DNA from: Utricularia gibba
Taxonomy: Eukaryota; Plantae; Magnoliophyta
Assembly (NCBI GenBank): GCA_002189035.1
Contig: NEEC01000004.1
Span: 1,798,001-1,862,000 of the forward strand
Length of the DNA stretch: 64,000 bases
Direction: 5' to 3'
Part shown: positions 12,378 through 24,773 of the stretch, in pieces
How the letters are laid out: every line of letters starts with the position of its first letter
Numbering within the stretch: position 1 is the first letter of the stretch
Made by a program: the position numbers and the translations under genes
Notes under the pieces: model-generated
Seen by the model: the letters and a program-made list of their open reading frames with translations, nothing else
The model's database searches: none
Told to the model about the DNA's origin: nothing

Positions 12378-15300
12378 AGTGTAAACGTGGTACTGGAGGA
12401 GGACATCTCCCCTGTTGGCTCTCAATTATTTCACTTGGAATCAAATTGGTAAGTTGAGGAGTGATTTAAAACCACCTTTCAGTTCCATAGTCTTTTTATA
12501 TTCCTCTGATATCTCCATTACTGCAACCAACAAATAGCTGTGAGTATATGGATATGATAGTTATCTTCCCCCAACCAACTCCCTTTCTTAGATATTCTCA
12601 AACAAATTACAAATAATCTAATATCGATATTTAAAATTAAAATAATTAAATATATAATAACTTATAAATTAATAATAATCAATTGAATATAATATTTTCT
12701 AATATATTTCATATTTATTATATATTTGAATTTCAAGTGTACTTGTTTGTCGGATTATTAATTTTAATAGAATATTAAAATGTTTATCTTATGGTGTGTT
12801 TTAGATGGCTAAGATGAATTTTATATTAATTTGAGTTTCGGTTAAAAAACAAGTAAATGGGGTTAGGCAATAAAATTAGATCGATTATAATTCAAGAACT
12901 ATCTACCATCATACAAAAAAATAAATTTTAATCAAATCAAAGATCAATTTGATTTGAGGGTGAGTATTAAAATAAAAAAATTCCATATTAAGATTTGAAA
13001 TTAAAATAATAAAATATATAAGAAAGTATAGATTATTAGTAACATGATAAATCTAATATTTGTTAATGTGATTCATGTTTTTTAAATATTAGAATTTTAT
13101 GTATGTTTGTTTGATTCATTATATTCTTAATTTCAATAATTCATGTTCTCTTATAAATAGAAATATTTCAATCTTTTTTTTACATTGAAAAACATTTGTC
13201 AATCACATATTTTAATAATATCATATACAAATTTAATTATACAATTTTCTAATAAACATATGATAAATAATCCTTTAATAAATAACAATCACCATAAAAT
13301 ATATTAATGTTTTTCAAATTACTTATTTTAATTTAAATTAATCATATTTACATTCAATATCAAACAAATTAATAAGCAGGGCTTGATATTGCACAAAGTG
13401 TTGATAGATTGGTGATGCGGCATCATGCAATGCAATCAAAAGCGGGAGGACGTCACGAAGCATGGCGCATATCATCTGTGACATTCATACAAAAGAAACA
13501 TGGGAATGTTTTGCTCTTGGAGCAATTAATAGTCGGGCAAAAGGTTGGGGGAGATTGGAGTACATCGCTTTAGACTTCAATTCCTGGGCTAAACTACGAA
13601 CAACAAACAAAAGAAGAAAGAGGAAGTCTGAACGATGGTATCAGCAGTTTATCAGCTCACCCAACTTAAACAGACATGGAGTCCAGATTTGCATAAGCAT
13701 GATTCGGATCGGATGTCCCAATCTCCTTAAAAATAGCATGGGAGAAACCGATGTGGGCACTCATCGATGTCTCATCATCCAGCCACCTGTGCCTATTGGG
13801 GCTTGTGCACAGTTGCGGAGATGCTCCTTGTCTCTTCTTGATTCAAAATGGATTTTCGAGATGAACTGATCATCGGGAACGACAGACCTGTTCTTGAAAT
13901 AGTAAATATATATTGAAATTCAGTATCCGATATATAGAACAAACACATCTGATATCAAAGTATATAAAAAATGTAAATCACATTAAAAAATATTAAGTTC
14001 ACCTAATTAATAGTAATTTATAATTTCTTATATAATTTATTATTATAATTTCAAATCTGGATGAGTGATCATATATTCTAATAATATTGCCCACAAAAGC
14101 TGGAGGATGAGATGGAGTAGGGGCATCGCAGGTTCATTTTGAAAGGTATCCATTGTCCATTTCTCTCATACATACTAAGCACAAAAAAATACACGTAAGG
14201 TGAGTAGTTTTCTAAACACACACAGTGGCTAGTTTTCAAATTAACTCCATCGCCAGAGTCATTCTTACATTTAGCAAACTTCACATCGTGGATCAGCAAC
14301 TGCGCCTCCCACACACACCTCCAAAGACGCATATCTCTCACATATTAAATTAAAAAATTTACACTATATGATCAGATGGTTTCGACCTGTATTCAAGTGA
14401 GTAAATGGTTTGACAACTAAGAATAAGAGTTACATGCTTATTGTTTAAAACCCACATTTTAAAGAATTTTACATAGAATGCAAATAAGTCATTAAACAAG
14501 AACCAGTGAAAAAGGGGTTATCTTGCCTATCTCCTCCGTATTACCCTCATGTTTTTTCAAAGTATTCGCACCTCCGCTTTGAATGTGAGTCTCACTGAAA
14601 ACTAACTGACAATTGCTGATACTGGAAATAGCCTTTTTGCCCTCTCGTGGTTACAAAATAAGAGTGTGTTCTATATATATATAATATATTGAATTCTCAT
14701 TCTACAAAATGAATATGTAGAAAAAAAGCATAAAACATATTTTTTATTCTTTATTTTAAAAAAAATTAAATTCTTATTCTTAAAAAATACATTATTTTGG
14801 AGAATGCGAAAATGATCTCATACTCATTTTTAGTAAAATGATAATGTAAAATGAATATACTGTGCAAAACATGTCCTAAAATAAATACACTATCACTATC
14901 ATCGATAATAATCATATTTGTCAATAATTTTCTATATTCATATTGAGAAAAACTTGATAACTTTAATGTAAAAGATCCATCTTTTTAAGTTTCAAAAGTT
15001 AAACCCTGTTTTGTAAATTAAATATTTTTAAGTGATTTTGTCTAAAGTTTATAGATTCCAATCTTATCATATTTTATGAGAAAATTAGATATTCAAATTC
15101 TGAGATCAATTTAAAAAATTATTAAATTTCTTAAATTTATGTTTCAATGATTAAATAAGAAATTAAGTAATTTATAATATTCAATTTATATGTATTTCAA
15201 AAATATATTTATATTTAAATTATAGAATAATTTAATCTATTATCTTATTAAACAATTTATAATATAAAAATTGAATTTATTCATAATGTTTTAAAACTAA

Positions 15301-16677
15301 TTCTATTTTACATAAAAATATAAAATTATATTGCTTGTATCGTGTTGTTTTTTTAACTTAAGGTGCATACTCTTTTACACAATACTTGCAACATGTTTTC
15401 AATTTAGATTTCTATGCATCCATTGCATTTTCAACACGCATTTCATCAAAATGATACAAGAAGATTATCTACTATTAATAATTTTAGATATTGTGCTTTT
15501 TTTTTCTGTATAATCTTATTTCTTCTTTTTTACACTAGAGATCTTGACTTACAAAATCATCATTTTAGAGGTGGTTTGAATGTTGAACTATGAGTATATT
15601 CACCATCCCTCTACTCAATAGCCTTATTCTTTTCATTCTCCATGAATGTACCTAAATCCAAAAATTTCAATCACAAGTTAGCTTCACAAAAATGAAAAAA
15701 AAAGGCAATATGAAAAATCTAGATTAAAAAATTCTTCTACACTCTCAAGCCCCAAAGAATACAATTCAATCGAAAAAAAAATAAACCTAAGAGCTGGTGG
15801 ATTGATGCATATTGAAAAAATCTTGCATGAGTGGAGTAATCAACACCCACAAACGATAAAGAAATGAATAGCGGTAATGAAAAGCTTTTGAAGAGAAAAA
15901 GTAAAGAGTGCGAATTAAAAGGGTCAAGGATCACCATGAGGGAGAGGGGTTGTTTAATCACAATTATTGATTATTATTTAATAAATATAAATGTTGACCA
16001 GTTGGCAGTTGGATAGCTTTTAAAATTAAAATCCACCATCCACTTTTTTTTTTATTGTATGATAATTATGAGACTGCGGGTTTCTAGAAGGGAATCGGGC
16101 AAGTTGGACAGTCAGGTTTGTTTTGCTGGCTCCTAAATTAGATAACCTTTGGTGAAGACAAGGGAAATCATGTCTTCTTACATCCAAATAGATGAATGAT
16201 CCAATTGGTGGGAAAGCATCCACGAGCGCGCCTCATGTCCAGTAGCCGGAGATTCATGGTGTTTGTGGTCGGTATAACATTCTTCTTGAAATGATGAATA
16301 CACACATATGTTGAGTTATGGGATTGGTTGCGAGTATAGTTGGAAGAATATCATTTCATTTAATTTCTCGTGTCATTTGTTATTTGTTTTGGTATCCTAC
16401 TAACGAGTTTGATAAAACAATCTCATAAGTAAAAGTTTAAAATTACTTCATATTGTATTAGTAATTATATGAAATAATATCTTTAAATAAAGGGATTTGA
16501 GTAGAGTTGTTGACGCATATCGTAACTCTTGAGTCTTGGGATGAGATCAGGTCAGCGTTCCTTCATCACAATGAAAATAAAAGAATTATAATTAAATCTC
16601 AACCATATAAGAATAAAATAAACTTTTTCGTCAGCCACAGGCTTCTTTATCGCAATTGAGTTATCATGGATGAGCTC

Positions 16678-17989
16678 TGTTAAGTGTTATTTTCTAGTTA
16701 TTTATTAGGCATTATTATGTGTTAATTTAGTATTAAGTCGTCCAAATTATGAGTCTTATTATTAAATATTTTATTTTTATTAGAAAATTTTTATTTTTCT
16801 ATTTTGTATATATATTTTATGTTTTTTTTCTCACATTTTAACTAAGACATATCAGGAGACTGTCGTGAAGTGTTACAGAAGTATTGCAGGTGGTCAGAGT
16901 CTGACTTTTCATGTCTTGTACGCGACGTGGAACGATTGTGGGCGGAAGATTGACACTGGTCAATGCCCTGACTTAAGGCATGTCAGAGTCTATAGCAATG
17001 ATTGAGCACTAACTTGCATGCAAAGACAGGCTACTGGCGCACGCAAGACAGAAAGAATGATGGGAAGAGGACTCAAACGAGTTAAGCCACATGGGTAATG
17101 ATATAAAAGTCACTTGAAGCACTTAGTTTTGGACTTTTGCCATTTTCTTTTCTAGACTTAGAACTTTTGAGTTCTTCCTCCCTTCAAGGAGGAAGAACAT
17201 TTAGCTTACAATTTCATTTCAGTTTTCATGGCCTTTTGTAGCTAAAACCCTTTAGTTTCTGGGAGTAGATGAAATTTCCTTCCAAGTCTTGAGCAATACA
17301 CTCGGTTGTTCGCTGAATTCAATTCGTATTCTCCATACTTCTACGTGTATTGTCGTAGTCTTTTTGTAAGAGCTCCTAGTCAAAGTCCATGAGTAGCAAG
17401 CCACTCCTCGAGGATTTTGGTGAAGATCAAGGTGAAAAGCACCAACTTCAACCCTGCCGGTTCAAGGAAATTAATGGATTTTTTGTGGCCTAGGTACCGT
17501 GACAGTAGACAAGTTGTGACCTCGAACCTGCCATTGGCCATTGGTAACAGCTGGGCACACGCGCGCAATTCGGTTATGAAGGCAATTGAAGACAATCCTT
17601 TTGTCTTCCTAATCGTCCAAGGGGGAATCACATGAGGATATTCCCATGCCTCCTTGTCAGTCAGAGTGTAAAGGAGAGTAGAATATTCTTTGCTGTTATA
17701 ACCAGCTATTCGGAAAAAATCAGTGAAAACCGAGGCGAGATAGACAAAGGAAGGTGATGAAATCTTATTCTTAGGAACTACGTCCCGTAGTTAGAGCTCA
17801 TCACTTAGATTGTAACTTTTATTTCTGCATCTTAAAAACCCCTTTTTTGCAAAACCATGACATTTTGTGAAAGTTTCTTACAAACAATCTTCACGAAAAA
17901 TAACTCCCTCAGATCGATACTCGTACTACGCTTTTTGTGTTTTACGTTTTATAAATATTTAAAATTTGTTGAGGAAACGACACGCAACA
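16678..17989 (+). mobile_element. Family A LTR, copy 2 (5' LTR of a truncated Athila-like element)
   Basis: TGTTAAG...CGCAACA termini; TATAAAAG near 17103; followed after 6 nt by a PBS-like sequence and ~120 bp of T-rich internal sequence. Confidence 0.8.
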
Positions 17990-17995
17990 AATTTT

Positions 17996-18013
17996 TGGCA
18001 CCGTTGGGGGGAA
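17996..18013 (+). other. Primer binding site, tRNA-Asp type (Athila-like)
   Basis: TGGCACCGTTGGGGGGAA resembles the recalled Athila PBS TGGCGCCGTTGCCGGGGA and lies just after the LTR end. Confidence 0.65.
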
Positions 18014-18129
18014 GTTGTGTATTTTTGTGTTTAGTGTTATGTATAGTTTTTCTTTTTCTTTTCTTTTTCTTTATTTCTTCTTGTTTTTATTTTGTTTACA
18101 TTTTGCTGCTGTTTTCTCTGTTTTTATGC

Positions 18130-21100
18130 ATTCAGAGATAACATGAACGGCATAGGCCAAGTCTGGTCGAGTGCAGGTAAGATAGACAAGCCTTCCAACC
18201 AAACGCCGAAATTTGTCAAGATCTTTCAAGAAAGCTGCCTTTGACCTTGCTAGATTATGATTAACGTCCATAGGAGTAGCTGACGGCTTGCAACTACTCA
18301 AAGTAACTTCCGAAATATTGTCAAGAGCGTACTTCCGTTGGCTCAAGTAGATACTGCTGGTACTACGAGCAACTTCAATACCAAGGAAATACTTCAACGG
18401 ACCTAAGTCTTTCATGTGAAAGCATGAATTCAAGTAACCCTTGACAGTGTTTACCAACGCAATGTTGCTGCCGGCAAGTAGCAGGTCATCCACATAAACA
18501 AGAACACGCACATCACCATCACGAGATGAGAGGCTGAAGAGACTATAGTCCAATTTGGACTGTTGAAACCCATATGATTTCAGAGAGGTGGCTAGTTTGG
18601 TAAACCAACACCAGGGAGCCTAGCGAAGACCGTACAAAGACTTTTGCAAGTCGCAAACTTTGACTACGCCTCCTTCAGAGAATCCCGGATATAGTTGCAT
18701 GTAAATTTCTTCGTTAAGATCCCCATGGAGAAAGGTTATTGACATCCATGTGATGATTTGCCCATCCACGATTCACAGCAATTGTGAGAAGAACATGAAT
18801 AGTAATCATTTTGGCAACTGGAGCAAACGTTTCTTTGTAATCAATTCCGGCAACTGTACTATTGCCCATGATAACAAGCTGAGCTTTATATCGCTCAACC
18901 GTGTCATCGGACTTGTATTTAATGCGGAAAACCCATTTGCTTCTTAAAGTGTGCTTACCAGGAGGAAGAGTAACAAAGCGCCAGTTCTTATTTGCTTCCA
19001 GAGCTCGGATTTCATTTGCCAAGGCTTCACACTAGTGCTGATCTTTGATAGCTGCATATGGATTCGTAGGTTCTTTGTGATGATTGATAGAAGCCATGAA
19101 GCCTCGATGAAACCCATGGAACCGATGAACAGAATCAACAGAATGAAAGGGATAACGAATCGAGCTCTTCGGAGGGTTATGTATGACTGTGTCGATCCCA
19201 CAATATAATCTTGGAACTTCGAAGGTGGCCGTCGATCCCGCTGACTACGCCGGGGAGACATGGCGGTCGTAGGCGGGATAGCTATTGAAGGCAATACTGG
19301 AGTAGTTGATGCACCAGCCCGGTCACTTGAGTGCGTAGAGATTTGAGGCATTGAAGGCCCAGAGATGAGTGCAGGCCCAGGGGACGCAATGGGTCTAGTA
19401 GGTTGTTCAAGAGTGTCATTGGAATGAGAAGGCCCATAGATGGGCTGAGATGCATCATCAGGCCTAGTCAGGCCTGAGGGAGAGTCCAGCCCATCATCAA
19501 TATCACTGGGGGCTGATCCCAATGCGATTGGGCTCCCTTTCGCATTTGGGCCTGGGCAAAAGGGAACGAGGTTTCAGCAAACTAGGCATTAGCACAACAA
19601 AAAACAGTTCCCGATTCGATGTCATAAAATTTCCAAGCTTTGATGCTAGCCGGATATCCAATGAAGACGCATCGCCGACTTCGAGTTTCGAATTTATCGA
19701 ATAATTTCAGAACATGATAAACATAAGCAAGGCACCCAAAAGTACGTAGGGCGGAGTATGTCGATGGTTTTCTGGACAATTTCTCTAAAGGGGTCATTCC
19801 CTTTAGTACGGCTGATGGTGTGCGATTCATAAGATAGACTACAGTGCACACACAGTTATCCCAAAAATGTTTGGGAAGATGACCTTGAAACATCAAAGCA
19901 CGGGCAACGTTTAGGATATGACGATGTTTGCGTTCCACTCTGCGATTTTGTTGTGGAGTACCGACGGCAGATTTTTCTGGGAGAACTCCATTAGCAGAGA
20001 AATATCTGGTCAAGGGATGAAATTCCATCCCATTATCTGTTCGGAATATTTGAATCTCTTTCCCGAATTGGGCACGAACCCAGGCACAGAACCATTTCAC
20101 CCGGGATGGAACTTCAGACTTGGCTCGCAAGAGGTGTATCCATGTGGTTCGTGAAAAATCATCAACCAAAGTTAGAAAATAGTGAGCACCACAATATGTG
20201 GGAGTACGATAAGGCCCTCATAAATCACAATGAAATAACTTGAAGGGTGATGAAGCCATCGAGCCAGAAATCAGAAATGAGATTCGAGTCTGTTTAGATA
20301 AACAACAAGTGTCATAGATGGAAAATCTAGAAACGGTAGAGGAGTTAGCAACGGAGAGTCCAGGAATAAATCAAGAACAGAATAAGAGAGGTGTCCTGGA
20401 AGTTGATGCTAGAGATCTCGGTTCATTTCAATTTTAGAGGAGAACGTAAGTGAGACTTTCGGCATGCAAAACTGATGCACTTCTCTAATGGGCTTACCAA
20501 TCCCAATCATCACCATCGAAGCTCGGTCCTGAATAATAAGGATAGGAATACATAGAGAAATCAGATATCGTCGATCGGAGATAAATCCAAACAGAGATAA
20601 CAGATTGCAGTGAAATCCTGGGACATAAAAAAACGTTATCAAAGTGAAAGGTGGTCCCAATGCGCATAGTCCCAGATTGTTGGGCATTCTCCAGACCGCC
20701 ATTAGGCATAGTGATAGAGCAAGAAGCATCAAATCGAACATCAGATAACCATTCAAGATTATGAGTCATATTATATGAGGCACCACTATCGATAATCCAA
20801 GCACTGTATGTAAGCATAACATAGAGGCTATTGGAGGAGGCATGTGCGGAGAGTAGTTGTTTCAGCTTATGACACCGAGCAGCACTCAAGGTAGGCACTT
20901 GTTTTCTGTCATCGGAATTAAGGACAATTGGAGGTCCCAAGGATTGACCACCATTGTGAGCCATGTTCGCTTGACCAGAGGTGCTTGGTTTTTCTTTTGT
21001 CCCAGATTGCGCGCGAGCCGTGGGAGCCCTTGTGTCACGAACTGGGACCCGTGCTCCAGCATGCACCAGTGTGCCTTTTCATCAAGTTTGAATCGAGTTC

Positions 21101-22088
21101 TATCACCCCACCAGTCCGGATACCCGGTTGCCACAAAGCAAGAATCCTCAACATGACTTGTAAAGCCACAAATTTCACATGGAGAGTGAGATTTCGATGG
21201 TTTCGTTCGTTTTTCCTATACTGGTTTGGAAGAATGACGAGCAGCAAGAGCAATAGGTTCACTTCGTGGCTCCTCACTCTGCTTAATGTTATGATGTTGA
21301 TCCTCTCGCACAATGTGGTTGTAGATTTGGTTGAACAAAGGCATAGGTTCTTGACTTAAAATTTGATAGCAGATGGTCCCATAGACACTATCATTGAGCC
21401 CCGTCAAGAACTGATGAATTTTATCAGTTTCCCTTTTGCAGCTGAGTGCAGCATTCACGTTGCACTCACACTTTCCACATTCACAAGAAGGAAGATTATC
21501 CATGACAACATAATCGTCCCAGAGCTTTTTAAGAAGCCGAAATACTGAGTTATACTTTCGCCAGATTGATGACAAGAAGCAAGATCACGCTTTAGTTGAT
21601 GGAGACGAATGCCATTGTACACACAGAAGCGTTCCTTCAGTTCATCCCAAAGCAGTTTCACCAAATCAGGTTCAGTTATAGTGGATCTCAATCCAGGATC
21701 AATAGAGTTGCATATCCAAACCACCAATAAAGAATTCACTTGTTCCCAATCTTCAACATAAATAGATTTTTGGATGTTTGGATATTATACCGTCAAGAAA
21801 GCCAAAATTCTTCTTGACTTTAAGAGAGATGCAAATTGCTCGGGCTCATTCATCATAATTAGACCCGTTCAATTGCACATTGGTTAAGGGACGCCCAGTG
21901 TGATTTGTAGCGGTGATTGAGAAGGGAGAAGTGGCATTCTTTGAACCTGCATCAGCAAAACTGAACTGCAATACCGGCAAAGCTTTAGCCTAGACATTCT
22001 TTGGCCTCCACTTTCTTCATGGCTTTTGCAGCCGCTTCAGGTTCATCATCGTTGGCCATCGATTACAGCAGGGGTCGCTTTGATACCA
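18130..22088 (-). mobile_element. Degenerate Ty1/copia internal region (gag-PR-IN-RT, Ale/RE1-like), 3'-truncated within RT
   Basis: tRNA-iMet PBS TGGTATCAAAGC (22077-22088); gag ATG at 22059; zinc knuckle; protease WIIDSGAS; integrase VDDFSR/RTDNG/VERKHRH; RT RYKAQLV...ETFAPVAK and YVDDLL. Copia domain order, with many stops and frameshifts; RNase H and 3' LTR absent. Confidence 0.92.
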
Positions 22089-22092
22089 TGAT

Positions 22093-23377
22093 TGTTAAGT
22101 GTCATTTTCTAGTTATTATTTAGGTATTATTATGTATTAATTAAGTGCTAAGTCGTCCAATTAGGAGTCTTATTATTAAGTATTTGATTTTTACTAGAAA
22201 ATTCCTATTTTTCCATTTTGTGTATATTTTATGCCTTTTTTCTCACACTTTGACCGAGGCATGTTAGGAGACTGTCAGGAGTGTTGCAGGTGGTCAAACT
22301 CTGAGTTTTCGTGCATTGTACGCGAGTTGGAATGATTGTGGGTGGAAGACTTACACTGGTAAAGGCCCATGACTTACGGCATGTCAGAGTCTGCAACAAT
22401 TATTGTGCGCAAACTTGCACGCAAAGAAAGGCTGCTGGCGCACGCAAGACAGAAGGAATGATGGGAAGGGGACCCAAATAAGTTAATGCACGTGGGAAGT
22501 CATATAAAAGCCATTTGGAACACTTAGTCTAGGACTTTTGAACATTTTCTATGGTACTTAGAACTTTTGAGTTCTTCCTCCCCTCAAGGAGGAAGAACAC
22601 TTAGTTTCTTTTCGTTTCTGTTTTCCATGGCCCTTTTGGGCTAAAACCTTTAGTTTTTGAGAAGTAGATAAAGTTTCCTTCCAAGTCCTCAGCAATACAC
22701 TCGGTTCTTCATTGAATTCAATTCGGATTCCGCATACTTCCACGTATCTTGTTGCAGTGTTTCTGTAGCGACTCTTAGTCAAGGTCCATGAGTAGCAGGC
22801 CACTTCTCGCGGATTTTGTTGAAGATCAAGATGAATAGCACCAACTCCAACCCTACTGGTTTGAGGGAAGTAGCAGATTGTTTGTGGCCTAGGTGTCGCG
22901 ACAGTGGACAGGTTGTGACCTCGGACCTGCCATTGGCCATTGGCAACAGCTGGACACATGCGCACAATTCGATTTTGAAGGCATTCCTCTTGTCTTCCTA
23001 ATCGTCCAAGAGGTAATCACATGAGGCTATTCCCGTGCCTCCTTGTCAATCAGAGTGTAAGGGAGAGTAGGCTATTCCTTGCTCCTATAACCAGTTATCA
23101 AAAGAAATCAGTGAGAACCGAGGCAAGGACGGACAAAGGAAGGAGATGGAGTCTTATTCCCAAGAACGGCGTCCCGTAGTCAAGGTCCATCACTTAGGTT
23201 GCATCTTTTATTTCTGCATCTTAAAAACCCCTTTTTGCAAAACCGTGACATTTTGTGAAAGTTTCTTGCAAACACTTTTCACGAAAAATAACTCCTTGAG
23301 ATCGATACTCGTACTACGCTTTCTAGTGTTTTACGTTTTAAAATATTTAAAATTTTTTGAGGAAACGATACACAACA
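22093..23377 (+). mobile_element. Solo LTR, family A, copy 3, inserted into the end of the copia 5' LTR
   Basis: TGTTAAG...CACAACA termini; flanks ATGAT (22088-22092) and ATAAT (23378-23382) form a 4/5 TSD; no PBS follows. Confidence 0.85.
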
Positions 23378-23382
23378 ATAAT

Positions 23383-23521
23383 AGTATTGAAGAAAAGAAG
23401 AAACTGAAAATTGTTCTAGGAAAGTTCCTCACGTTTCATTCACAATGGCTAAAGTTATAGAATTATAAATTTGCTATTTTGGGGAAACTGAATTATACAA
23501 GTTAATCCCGTATTCTAAGCA
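23383..23521 (-). mobile_element. Remainder of the short copia 5' LTR
   Basis: Removing the solo LTR gives TGCTTAGAATA...TATAA...TGAATGAAAC...CAATACTATCA directly followed by TGGTATCA on the minus strand (~143 bp). The outer boundary is inferred. Confidence 0.55.
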
Positions 23522-24773
23522 GTAATCTCAGATATGATCTTTTGCCAATATCTTCCAATAATTTGTATTGATGTTGGATTAAAATATCAAGAATTTGATG
23601 TTATGGAAAATTTAATCAACTCACTATGCCCTATGTGCATCAAGTTTTTTCATCTTCCTTATCACTCTCTTTATTTTTTCACAAACCCCGTTGCGAAATG
23701 ATGTATCCCGAGCAAGCTCGGCCAGTTCATTGCCATTAGCACGCAGACGACAAGCAGAAAAGGTAGCGCAGAGCGAAGGGGAGCTTGAAGTGAACACCCT
23801 GCGAGTACCACTGCCAGTACCAGCATCTTCTTGGATAAAATATTGGGGCGAAATGAATTGGGCCGATTGATTCAGAAGCAGCCCATCAGCTTCATAGATA
23901 TTACAGCATCGCTGTCCAAATATTGAAGAATTTATGTTATTATGAATTCCCCTTTTGCTCAACGGTCAGACTCGAGGCTTTTGATTCGATTGCGTATCCA
24001 AAACTATAGTAGTGTTCTGGAAAATTTTTGAAAAATAAAAATAAAAAGTAAAATTAAATAATTCCTTATTTTTCAAAAAAATAATTTTTGCCGTATAATT
24101 TTAAAAGTGTTTTTAATAGAATTAATTTTACAATTAAAATTATTCTAAAATAAAATTATTTTTATTTCTGAAAAATAAAAATAGGTTTTAAAAATTTTTC
24201 AAAACATTATATGTTTGCTGAATTTATTGAATATTCACCCTATTAAATTCATGATTTTATGTATTGAGCGAGTATATGAAACCAATTACATAATAAACAT
24301 AAATTCTATTAGAAAAATTAGATTTAATTGATTATTAATTATTTTTAATTTATTATGAAATTATTTGTTATATTCTGTAGAAAAAATTAAATTCAATTAA
24401 TTACTATTCATTTTTAATTATTATGAAATTATTTGTTATATTCCGTAAGTCCAAGAGGTATTTACGTCCCGGAATTAATATGCTTGGCTTAATATTGCAA
24501 CATTCATTTAACGCACACCCAACGCCTACGTACTATTCACTCTTTTATTTTTCAATATCCGAAGTAAAAAGTAAAATTTCAAGTACAAGGATCAAATTTC
24601 GAAAATATTTTTTTCAGAAAATATTCGAAATCCTCAAAATATGAAATTATGAACGTACGAAATATTTTATTAGGGTGACTGTTTTGCTTGATATTACCAG
24701 ATACGACAATGATTTTGCAACGTAGTTACCACAAGAGCAGATTATTACAAGTGCTTCCCATAGCCGCAGGTAT

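Noticed and set aside
13708-13761. U6 snRNA-like locus on - (GCCCACATCG USE-like motif and GGGACATCCGAT)
   Set aside because: Only 12 nt match U6, spacing from the USE is about half that expected, there is no proper TATA and no ACAGAGA box. The overlapping 135-aa ORF (13462-13869) is also unrecognisable.
17380-17635. ORFs inside family A LTRs (VTSNLP resembles bacterial IstB ATPases; related ORFs at 22558-23001)
   Set aside because: No Walker motifs, and reading frames are not conserved across the three LTR copies (stops and shifts).
16678-23377. Intact LTR retrotransposon with paired 1.3 kb LTRs
   Set aside because: Outer flanks AGCTC and ATAAT do not match, the right LTR has its own TSD, and the internal copia is antisense with its own iMet PBS and short LTR.
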